DNA of 64,000 nucleotides, from assembly GCA_964399675.1 (NCBI GenBank), contig CAYNRK010000004.1, forward strand, positions 12,715-76,714, read 5' to 3'. A program made the position numbers and the translations under genes. Below are positions 56,657 to 64,000 of this stretch, piece after piece. Under the pieces are notes generated by a model. The model searched no databases. It worked only from the letters and a program-made list of their open reading frames with translations, and was not told where the DNA came from. How positions within the stretch are numbered: position 1 is the first letter of the stretch; every line of letters begins with the position of its first letter. The stretch is from an uncultured Gammaproteobacteria bacterium. Lineage in GTDB: Bacteria > Patescibacteriota > Patescibacteriia > UBA9934 > GWF2-40-263.

Positions 56657-56962
56657 ATGTCTTTATCAAAAAACGAAGTTAAACACATTGCAAAATTGGC
56701 TCGGCTTTATATTTCTGAGGAAGAGCTTGAAACTTATCGTGAACAGCTTGGATCGATTTTGGAGTATGTGGAAAAGTTGCAAGAGGTGGATACAGAAGGT
56801 GTGCCGGAATTGCGGCATGCAGCTGATGTTGAGAATGTGTTTCGAGAAGATGTTGAGCAGGGATGTGATGATGGTGTGAGAAAGCGAGCGCTGGATAATT
56901 TTTCAAATCGTGAAGGTGACCTCTTGGAAGTTCAATCGGTTTTTGAAGAAAGAACAGAATAA
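56657..56962 (+). CDS. gatC: Asp/Glu-tRNA amidotransferase subunit C
   Basis: MSLSKNEVKHIAKLARLYISEEE.. is the GatC N-terminus. Precedes gatA. Confidence 0.8.
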   Translation: MSLSKNEVKHIAKLARLYISEEELETYREQLGSILEYVEKLQEVDTEGVPELRHAADVENVFREDVEQGCDDGVRKRALDNFSNREGDLLEVQSVFEERTE

Positions 56963-56964
56963 GT

Positions 56965-58410
56965 ATGGATGTATCATCAATAACAATCAAAGAAGCAAAG
57001 CAGAAAATGGAAGCAAAAGAAATCTCAAGTGAAGAGCTTGTATCTAGTTATGTTTCTGCAATTGAATCATCAAACGATTCAATGAATGCAATGTTGGATG
57101 TTTCTAAAACAGTAATTAAGGAAGCAAAAGAGATTGATAAAAAACGCGCAGCAGGTGAAAGTCTTGGACTACTTGCCGGAGTACCGATTGCGATTAAGGA
57201 TAATATTTTGGTTCAAGATTGGGGATCAACAGCAGGTTCACAGATTTTAGAAGGCCATAAAGGCGCTTACAATGCAACTGTTATTGAAAGATTAAAAATT
57301 GCTGGAGCAATTTTATTAGGGCGCGCGAACATGGATGAGTTTGCAATGGGATCGTCAAATGAAACATCTCATTATGGTCCAACAAAAAATCCTTGGGATC
57401 AGACAAAAATCCCTGGAGGTTCAAGTGGTGGACCGGCAGCAGCGGTTGCGGCTGGATATGTGCCTTGTGCACTTGGATCAGATACTGGTGGGTCTGTTCG
57501 TCAGCCAGCATCGTTGTGTGGTGTTGTTGGACTAAAGCCGACTTATGGACGAGTTTCCAGATATGGACTAATGGCAATGGCATCAAGTTTTGATCAGATT
57601 GGGCCTCTTACGAGAACTGTTGAAGATGCAGCGCTTGTAATGGAAACAATCGAAGGTATTGATCCAAAAGACGGAACATCGTTTGATCTTTCAAGCACAA
57701 CAATTCCCGAGCTTTTAGAAAAAGATGTTCAGGGCTTAAAAATTGGATTACCAAAAGAGTATTTTGTAGAACAAATGGATCCAGCGATTAAAAAGTCTGT
57801 AATGGATGCTGTGAAAGTTTTTGAGTCAGCCGGAGCAGCTGTACAGGAAGTGTCTTTACCGCATGCTGAATACGCGCTTGCAGCGTACTACATCATCATG
57901 CCATCAGAAGCAAGTTCAAATTTGGGGCGTTATGACGGATTAAGATATGGATATCACTCAAGCGGTTCAAACTTAATCGATACATACGCACGTACACGCG
58001 GGGAAGGTTTTGGAAGGGAAGTACAGCGCAGAATTATGCTTGGTTCATATACATTGTCAGCCGGTTATTACGATGCATATTATCGAAAAGCACTTCAAAT
58101 ACGTTCGCTTATTAAACAAGATTTTGATAAGGCTCTAAAAGAAGTTGATGTGATTTTAACTGCAACATCCCCGTCTGTTGCTTGGGGGCTTGGAGAAAAG
58201 TTTGATGATCCAATTACAATGTATCTTTCTGACATTTATACAGTTACTGCCAATTTAGCGACGATTCCGGCGATGTCTGTTCCGTGTGGATTTGTTGAAA
58301 ATTTGCCGGTTGGACTTCAGTTAATGGGGCGACCGTTTGATGAGCATACGCTTTATCGCATGGGCGCGTATTATCAATCTGTTACAGATTGGCACAATAA
58401 GACTCCTTAA
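56965..58410 (+). CDS. gatA: Asp/Glu-tRNA amidotransferase subunit A
   Basis: Amidase signature GGSSGGPAAAVAAG with Ser-cisSer-Lys triad context. Confidence 0.9.
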   Translation: MDVSSITIKEAKQKMEAKEISSEELVSSYVSAIESSNDSMNAMLDVSKTVIKEAKEIDKKRAAGESLGLLAGVPIAIKDNILVQDWGSTAGSQILEGHKGAYNATVIERLKIAGAILLGRANMDEFAMGSSNETSHYGPTKNPWDQTKIPGGSSGGPAAAVAAGYVPCALGSDTGGSVRQPASLCGVVGLKPTYGRVSRYGLMAMASSFDQIGPLTRTVEDAALVMETIEGIDPKDGTSFDLSSTTIPELLEKDVQGLKIGLPKEYFVEQMDPAIKKSVMDAVKVFESAGAAVQEVSLPHAEYALAAYYIIMPSEASSNLGRYDGLRYGYHSSGSNLIDTYARTRGEGFGREVQRRIMLGSYTLSAGYYDAYYRKALQIRSLIKQDFDKALKEVDVILTATSPSVAWGLGEKFDDPITMYLSDIYTVTANLATIPAMSVPCGFVENLPVGLQLMGRPFDEHTLYRMGAYYQSVTDWHNKTP

Positions 58411-58495
58411 TTTGTGTCATTGCGAGCGAAGCGAAGCAATCCTCGTATACGAAGATTGCCGCGTCGGCCTTCGGCCTCCTCGCAATGACACGGGA
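58411..58495. repeat. family-A palindromic element
   Basis: gtcattgcgagcgaagcgaagcaatcctcgtatacgaagattgccgcgtcggccttcggcctcctcgcaatgac. Confidence 0.8.
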
Positions 58496-58499
58496 AAAG

Positions 58500-59258
58500 A
58501 TGATTCCTTATTTTCAATTAACAACCATTCAATTAGGCCCCATTCCGATTCAGGTATGGGGTCTTATGGTTGCTTTGGGAATTGTTGCAGCAACTTTGGT
58601 TGCAGCCAAGATGGCAAAGAAGAGGGGACAGGATTCACAAATGTTTTGGGATCTTGCAGCTTGGGTAATTTTGGGTGCTGTTGTTATGTCTCGGTTGTTT
58701 TATGTTTTGTATGAACCAGGATTCTATTTTGAAAGTCCGCTTGAGATTTTTAAGATTTGGCATGGTGGGTTATCTATCATGGGTGGATTTGTTGGAGCGA
58801 TTATTGTTGGGATTTGGTTTTTACGAAAAAAGAAAGTTGATGTCTTTGCATATTCTGACACTGCGGTTTTTGGTTTACCACTTGGATTATTTATTGGTCG
58901 GCTTGGTTGTTTTTTAATTCACGACCACCCAGGAACTCTTACTGACTTTTCATTGGGTGTTAAATACATGGATGGCATTAGACATGATCATGGTTTGTAT
59001 CTGGCAATCAACGGATTGATTCTGTTTTTGGTTTTTCTTTGGCTTGCAAAAAGGAAAGTCAAGACTGGAACTTATATTGTTGTATTTTTGATTTGGTATG
59101 GAGTAATACGTTTCTTTTTAGATTTTTTACGAGCAACAGACGGCGCAATCGTAGATACTAGATATTTCAACTTAACCCCTGCTCAGTATTTTTCAATTGT
59201 TATGGTTGCAGCAGGAGTATATTTTTTCTCAAAAAGAAAAATATTGTTTAAGCCCTAA
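58500..59258 (+). CDS. lgt: prolipoprotein diacylglyceryl transferase
   Basis: Multi-TM. Lgt signature ..FIGRLGCFL.. with G..GG motifs. Confidence 0.8.
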   Translation: MIPYFQLTTIQLGPIPIQVWGLMVALGIVAATLVAAKMAKKRGQDSQMFWDLAAWVILGAVVMSRLFYVLYEPGFYFESPLEIFKIWHGGLSIMGGFVGAIIVGIWFLRKKKVDVFAYSDTAVFGLPLGLFIGRLGCFLIHDHPGTLTDFSLGVKYMDGIRHDHGLYLAINGLILFLVFLWLAKRKVKTGTYIVVFLIWYGVIRFFLDFLRATDGAIVDTRYFNLTPAQYFSIVMVAAGVYFFSKRKILFKP

Positions 59259-59264
59259 AATCTG

Positions 59265-59335
59265 TGGATCTGTGGGGAATCGAACCCCAGTCGCATAGGT
59301 TGATAATCCTTGCGACGCACCTGCCAGACCCACAG
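59265..59335 (-). ncRNA. tRNA-like element (acceptor, T-arm and CCA intact; D and anticodon arms non-canonical) inside an 18-bp inverted repeat
   Basis: The reverse complement has an 8-bp acceptor atctgtgg/ccacagat, T-arm tggggttcgattcccca and CCA. No 5-bp/7-nt anticodon hairpin could be found. Flanked by aagccctaaaatctgtgg / ccacagattttagggctt. Confidence 0.3.
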
Positions 59336-59602
59336 ATTTTAGGGCTTAAATTAAAACACTCCCAACCGAAATTTTGGAAGGGAGCATTTTTATTATCACA
59401 AGGATTATCAACCTGAGTTTATTAAATCAAATTTTTTCGATTATGTCAAATTAAAAACTTTTTTAAAAGTTATTTTTTTAGAAGTTAGTAGCCGAATTTA
59501 GATTGTTGACGAAAAAAAATTGACAAAAGTGTGTTAAGATATGACTTGAAAAATAGGTCATTTTTTATTTATCCACAATTCTGTTTACTAATTTTGTGAC
59601 AT

Positions 59603-60358
59603 ATGGAAAAAGCACATAAAATATCTGAGAAGACACTCGATGCAATTGGGCTTAAGAAAAAAGACATCGATGTCTATACAGCGCTTGTAAAGCTTGGAAC
59701 AGCTCCGCTTCGCAAAATTGCTGATGAAAGCGGTCTGAATCGTGGAACAACTTACGACACAATTAAACATCTAATGCACCTGGGTCTTGTAAGTTATGTT
59801 GATGCAAAAACGCATCGTTACTTTTCAGCAGAGGATCCGCGTAAACTTACAGGTGTTGCAACGCGTAAGGAAGTCGCACTCGAACAAGCTCGCGAGGATC
59901 TTAAAAAAGCGATTCCGCATTTTCAGGAACTTCTAGGCTGGAGTAAACATCGACCAACTGTTCGATACTACGAAGGCGAGACAGGTGTGCATGATATCCT
60001 GCAAGACGTTTTGGATGTATGTGATAAATCCAAGTCTCGGACTTTCAATGTGTATTCCTCTGCTGGCATCCGTGATCTGATTGCAAACGCTTGGCCTGGA
60101 TTTGTAAAAAGACGTATTAGAATGAAAGTGCACTGTAACGCGATTGCTATTGGTGAAGGAGGTAGAACAGCAGGACTTGACGAGCGCAAGTGGTTAAGTC
60201 AAGATCATCGCGCTCCAACTTACATCTTTGTTTATCCAGGAAAGACAGCATACGTTTCTATTGACGAAAAAAGACAACTGTTTGGAGTGATAATTGACGA
60301 CAAAGCAATTGCTTCAACGCAAAAAATGATATTTGAATCCCTTTGGGAGCATCTTTAA
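59603..60358 (+). CDS. TrmB-like winged-helix transcriptional regulator
   Basis: N-terminal ..LGLKKKDIDVYTALVKLGTAPLRKIADESGLNRGTTYDTIKHL.. wHTH. C-terminal TrmB-like effector-domain length. Confidence 0.55.
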   Translation: MEKAHKISEKTLDAIGLKKKDIDVYTALVKLGTAPLRKIADESGLNRGTTYDTIKHLMHLGLVSYVDAKTHRYFSAEDPRKLTGVATRKEVALEQAREDLKKAIPHFQELLGWSKHRPTVRYYEGETGVHDILQDVLDVCDKSKSRTFNVYSSAGIRDLIANAWPGFVKRRIRMKVHCNAIAIGEGGRTAGLDERKWLSQDHRAPTYIFVYPGKTAYVSIDEKRQLFGVIIDDKAIASTQKMIFESLWEHL

Positions 60359-60464
60359 ATCCCGCGCTCTAGGCGCGCGCCTTGGGTGCTGGAAATTTGT
60401 GAAGAGATGTGGCGAGTGGTATGACCAAGAGTCATCCGACTTGCCGCAACCTCTTCAGAAATTT

Positions 60465-60545
60465 CTCATGTCATCCCGAGCGAGCGCAGCGAGCCGAGGG
60501 ATCTCGCATATCCGAGATTTCTCCACTCGCTGCGCTCGGTCGAAA
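60465..60545. repeat. family-A palindromic element
   Basis: gtcatcccgagcgagcgcagcgagccgagggatctcgcatatccgagatttctcc..tcgaaatgac. Confidence 0.8.
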
Positions 60546-60563
60546 TGACAAGGAAGTAAGGAG

Positions 60564-61124
60564 GTGCGAATGCACAACTCGGTTGTTGCCATGTTCTGTG
60601 GCCCGCACGAGGACGGAAGGCCTACCTCCCGTCGCATCAACGCAGCGATCCAGACGGCCATGGGTCTGAAGGCACCGTTGATGATCGCCGGGGACGCGAA
60701 CGATGGCAAGGACCTGGAGTTGTTTGCCGGTCGCGCACACCGCCGTTCTCCCGCCCTGGATGTTGTCAAGCTCTACGACGAGCGCGCCAACACGCTCGCT
60801 GACGTCCAGATTCTCATCGAAGAGCTTCGCGAGCACAGGCATCGCGGAGTCACCACGATCTACCTGGTCACGGACTGGTGGCACATGCCCCGTTCGTTCG
60901 TGATGCTCGCCCTGGAGCTTCAGAACTTGATGCCAGAGCGTCGCTTTGACATCCAGATCGTGAACGTGCGGTGTCCTGAGCCGCCTCATGAAGAGCTTCT
61001 CGGAGAGCGGCAGGGAATCATGCACTACCTTGCTGGCACTTACGGCAGCCACGAGCTCACACGAAAGCCGTACGGAAAGCCAGCACAGGAACGTGCACTC
61101 GCGGCTCCTGTAGCCGCGAACTAA
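60564..61124 (+). CDS. DUF218 (YdcF/SanA-like) domain protein, GC-rich island
   Basis: ..IYLVTDWWHMPRSFVML.. matches the conserved DUF218 core. Strong SD aggaggt. Confidence 0.6.
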   Translation: MRMHNSVVAMFCGPHEDGRPTSRRINAAIQTAMGLKAPLMIAGDANDGKDLELFAGRAHRRSPALDVVKLYDERANTLADVQILIEELREHRHRGVTTIYLVTDWWHMPRSFVMLALELQNLMPERRFDIQIVNVRCPEPPHEELLGERQGIMHYLAGTYGSHELTRKPYGKPAQERALAAPVAAN

Positions 61125-61179
61125 AGAGCGCCAGACCATCTACTCGGTCCAGCGCTCATTTCTTTTTATTATTTTGCGT

Positions 61180-61262
61180 CTTTGCGAGAAAGCCCGTCAG
61201 ACGGGCTGACGAAGCAATCCCCGTAACAACGGAGATTGCTTCACCCCCACTTTTTTCAGAAG
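61180..61262. repeat. family-A palindromic element
   Basis: gcgtctttgcgagaaagcccgtcagacgggctgacgaagcaatccccgt..acggagattgcttc..cgcaacgacgca. Confidence 0.8.
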
Positions 61263-61286
61263 TGGGGGTTCGCAACGACGCAATGA

Positions 61287-61658
61287 TTACCTAAACAAAT
61301 TACCCCAAAATCCTTTTTTAGATTTACTGTCAGTTGTATCTTGGGAGTCGTTTGCAGGTTTTAGATTTTTAATAAATTGCGCAAGTCGTTCCATCTCTTT
61401 TTCAACAAGCACACCTTCATATTCGCCGCCATGTGCGCTTGTGCCTTCGTATGTTGCTGCCTTTTGATCTAAGTGTAGATTTATTTGCATTCCATTATCT
61501 CGATCTTCAACGTATGCGTGATAGCGAGGAAATCGTTCAGATGCCACACGTTTAACATAACTGATTTGTCCTTGCCGAGTGCGCTGTTCACCATAACCAA
61601 GACGTCTTAAGATGTTGCGCGAATGGTCAGCAAGCGGCCCTGAAAAAAATTGTTTCAT
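61287..61658 (-). CDS. hypothetical protein, paralogue A (..FPRYHAYV..INLHLDQ..YEG..EMERL..)
   Basis: Tandem paralogue of 61765..62166 (shared motif string). Family not recognised. Confidence 0.45.
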   Translation of the reverse strand: MKQFFSGPLADHSRNILRRLGYGEQRTRQGQISYVKRVASERFPRYHAYVEDRDNGMQINLHLDQKAATYEGTSAHGGEYEGVLVEKEMERLAQFIKNLKPANDSQDTTDSKSKKGFWGNLFR

Positions 61659-61664
61659 ATCTGT

Positions 61665-61750
61665 TATCCTGCGTCATTGCGAGGAGGCCGAAGGCCGACG
61701 AAGCAATCTCCGTACACGGGGATTGCTTCGGTCGCAAAGCTCCCTCGCAA
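61665..61750. repeat. family-A palindromic element
   Basis: gtcattgcgaggaggccgaaggccgacgaagcaatctccgtacacggggattgcttcggtcgcaaagctccctcgcaaagacgc. Confidence 0.8.
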
Positions 61751-61764
61751 AGACGCAGAGGCAA

Positions 61765-62166
61765 TTATGATTTGAAAATAAGGTCAAAGAGATTTTTTTT
61801 GCGCTTTGGTTTTTCTGTTGCCGGATTGTTAAGTGAGTGTTTTGGTTGATTAACTTTTTTGCCACCGCGAGCTCCACTAATAATTCCGATTAAGCGATTC
61901 ATTTCTGTTCGAACCCGTCCACCTTCATATGCCCATTCATGCTGATGATTACCTGAATGGTCAAGATTTAGTTGGTCAATATGAAGATCGATTTCCATGC
62001 CTTGATTATTGGTTGTGACGTATGCGTGAAATCGTGGAAAAGGCTCGTTACTTATTTGCCGATGATAGCACGGTTTACCATCCTCTGTGCAATGAAAAAC
62101 ATAGCCAGCGTTTTGCATAAGTTTATCCGGTCGATCTAAAAGCGGTCCTGGGATAAGAGTTTTCAT
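61765..62166 (-). CDS. hypothetical protein, paralogue B (..FPRFHAYV..IDLHIDQ..YEG..EMNRL..)
   Basis: See paralogue A. Confidence 0.45.
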   Translation of the reverse strand: MKTLIPGPLLDRPDKLMQNAGYVFHCTEDGKPCYHRQISNEPFPRFHAYVTTNNQGMEIDLHIDQLNLDHSGNHQHEWAYEGGRVRTEMNRLIGIISGARGGKKVNQPKHSLNNPATEKPKRKKNLFDLIFKS

Positions 62167-62244
62167 AAAACAACCTACTTCTATAGTAGGTCATTTTTTT
62201 GTTGCAAAGTCAAATGTTTTTATGTGAATAAAAGAAAGAGCATT

Positions 62245-62273
62245 GACAATTAGAACACTTTGTAGTATATTTT
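62245..62273 (+). promoter_or_regulatory. sigma70-like promoter TTGACA-17-TAGTAT upstream of the GC-rich lipoprotein gene
   Basis: Hexamers read directly. RBS aaggagg follows. Confidence 0.5.
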
Positions 62274-62308
62274 TTTCTTGTCAGAGTCTGGGGAACCAAG
62301 GAGGCACA

Positions 62309-62761
62309 ATGAGACTGCAAGGCATTCTGACACTGATCGCACTGCTTTTCCTGTCGGTGGTGGCTTGCAGACCGCCGCTCGAGTTCCTGCGTGGCGATGA
62401 TCACCTTTCCGATCAGAAAGAGTCCGAGCTCGATATGAGCCGTGCCGATCCGATCGTCAAGACAGTCGCCAAGATCTACAAGGGCAAGGAGGAGCTTCGA
62501 CAAGACGACATGGTCGATCTTTCCTGCGACGATCTCTACTTGCTCTGGCGAGCACTCTTCAGCAAGTACTTTCACTCAAACCTCGGCACCTGTCTGAAGG
62601 AGGGTGAGATCTGTTTGCGTCGGGAGGGTGTGGCCTGGATCGCAGAGGACGATCATGGTTTCAAGGACGACCCGCATACCATCAAGAGGTTCACCAAGGT
62701 CGACCGGAGCAATCGGCGTGCAATCGCCGCAATGAGATCTGAGAGTGGTTGTACTGACTAG
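62309..62761 (+). CDS. hypothetical lipoprotein (GC-rich island)
   Basis: Signal peptide with lipobox ..SVVAC. About 60% GC. Confidence 0.5.
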   Translation: MRLQGILTLIALLFLSVVACRPPLEFLRGDDHLSDQKESELDMSRADPIVKTVAKIYKGKEELRQDDMVDLSCDDLYLLWRALFSKYFHSNLGTCLKEGEICLRREGVAWIAEDDHGFKDDPHTIKRFTKVDRSNRRAIAAMRSESGCTD

Positions 62762-62898
62762 GGCATCACATGGCCCCAGGAACACGATCTGATCGCTTTC
62801 ACACTAGCTGCCCACTGGGCGGCTCTTTCGTTTGACAAAAATAGGCTTTTGGTGTAGGGTATTCACTCGGAAAAAGATGAACCGAGAGGAGGAAAACG

Positions 62899-63684
62899 AT
62901 GAGAAATCGTACGAGCACTGCGGCGAGCTGGATGGCAATCGCCATCGTGTTCGCCTTCTCCGTTCCCATGGTCGCAACAGCTGAGGAATCCGACACCGAA
63001 GCCGGAGCCGAAGGCGAAGGTGAGGGCGAAGGTGAGGGCGAGGACGGAGCCGAACCCGCCGAGGTGGTCTTGACAGGGGGAGGAACGGACGACGTCGTTC
63101 TGTCGAACACCGGCGGTGGTGGCAAGAAGGCCAAGAAGAAGGTCAAGAAGGGCAAGTGCGCTGACGGGAGCGACTGCGACTGTCGGAAGGCGGTCAGAGT
63201 CGCGCTCAAGGAAGCACGCGACGGATTCAAGAAGGCCAAGAAGAAGGCCAAGAAGGCCGCTGGAGAGCAGCAAGAGGCAGCCATCAGGGCTGCGGTCGAG
63301 AAGGCCGAGACAGCACTTCGCGCAGAGCTTCACAAGGGCGAAGAGGAGCGAGCCGAGGAAAAGGTCAAGAGGGCTCTCGCAGGCAGGCGTTCAGAGTTCC
63401 ACCTGGAGTGGATCCTCGAGGGCATGTTCGCGGGAACCGAGCTCACAGACCACGTGCTCGCCGAGCTGGATTGTGCACAACTGGGCATGCTCAAGATCAT
63501 GCCGCGTGCACGTCACGGATATGTCCCGGAAGACATGGAAGTGCGCAGGAAGCTCCTTGCTCAGGAGTGGTACAAGCCGAATCCTGCAGTCGACGACGCA
63601 GCTCTGCCCAGCCGCATGACCTCGGCGGATCAGCTCAACGAGCTCCGGATCAACAAGGCGCTCACTGCCAAGGAATGCGAGTAG
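62899..63684 (+). CDS. secreted protein with acidic (EGEG)n and Lys-rich regions and C-terminal YARHG-like domain (GC-rich island)
   Basis: Signal peptide. C-terminal ..[28 protein letters not shown].. matches the YARHG motif. SD gagaggagg. Confidence 0.55.
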   Translation: MRNRTSTAASWMAIAIVFAFSVPMVATAEESDTEAGAEGEGEGEGEGEDGAEPAEVVLTGGGTDDVVLSNTGGGGKKAKKKVKKGKCADGSDCDCRKAVRVALKEARDGFKKAKKKAKKAAGEQQEAAIRAAVEKAETALRAELHKGEEERAEEKVKRALAGRRSEFHLEWILEGMFAGTELTDHVLAELDCAQLGMLKIMPRARHGYVPEDMEVRRKLLAQEWYKPNPAVDDAALPSRMTSADQLNELRINKALTAKECE

Positions 63685-63779
63685 TACAACAACTACCCGC
63701 AAGTCCACCACGACCGCTCAGCAATGGGCGGTTTTCAAATTGAAAAAAAAGTTTGAATGTTGTATATTCCGATGGTTGT

Positions 63780-63867
63780 GGTGAGGTGGCCGAGTGGTCG
63801 AAGGCGCACGCTTGGAAAGCGTGTAAACCGAAAGGTTTCCAGGGTTCGAATCCCTGTCTCACCGCCA
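63780..63867 (+). tRNA. tRNA-Ser (anticodon GGA)
   Basis: Type II tRNA with long variable arm. Loop CTTGGAAAG, T-arm GGGTTCGAATCCCTG, CCA. Confidence 0.85.
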
Positions 63868-63887
63868 TACTTATTAAATATTTTTTT

Positions 63888-64000
63888 ATGAAAAGCCTAG
63901 AAGGAACTCAAACCGAGAAAAATTTATTAAAATCTTTTGCCGGGGAATCACAAGCAAGAATGAGATATGATTATTTTTCCAAACAAGCGAAAAAAGACGG
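63888..64000 (+). CDS. rubrerythrin (5' partial, runs off window)
   Basis: [38 protein letters not shown] is the rubrerythrin N-terminal diiron-helix signature. Confidence 0.7.
   Translation, partial: MKSLEGTQTEKNLLKSFAGESQARMRYDYFSKQAKKD

Overview
This is an AT-rich, gene-dense bacterial segment whose repeat content and gene repertoire look like a Candidate Phyla Radiation (Patescibacteria)-type genome. That placement is inferred from gene content and repeat style only. Stop codon usage indicates the standard code. The backbone carries dispersed cell-wall and division genes (mraY-ftsW-murG, murD, a MurE-like Mur ligase, mraZ-rsmH-ftsL-like, ftsB-like, ftsEX). It also carries translation and replication genes (cysS, lepA, gatCA, dnaX, recJ, ligA, rnhA), type IV pilus genes (pilM, a pilin, pilD), a VKOR plus thioredoxin-like disulfide pair, a P-type ATPase, a HicAB toxin-antitoxin pair, seven canonical tRNAs and two tRNA-like elements. 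Four things are not explained by ordinary annotation. First, a modular family of nested palindromic repeats (family A) has at least 16 copies in 64 kb, one of them in frame inside dnaX. Second, a distinct palindromic element (family C, cccctaacccc(c/t)ccttgaaaaggRgggg) has nine copies, five of them in frame inside lepA (twice), ligA, pilD and a RimK-like gene. Intergenic copies of family C flank two near-identical DUF559 (Vsr-like) endonuclease genes, and a small GIY-YIG nuclease gene sits inside a family-A cluster. Third, at least eight short islands are sharply GC-rich (about 60% against under 40% on sampled 60-nt lines). They each hold one gene, or two in two cases. Each has its own sigma70-like promoter, and several have their own terminator. 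One of them is flanked by about 110-bp direct repeats (family B). Fourth, two tRNA-like transcription units share the same promoter, leader, body, trailer and terminator layout, but they have a 4-bp anticodon stem and a 9-nt loop. No CRISPR array, rRNA or obvious prophage was seen.
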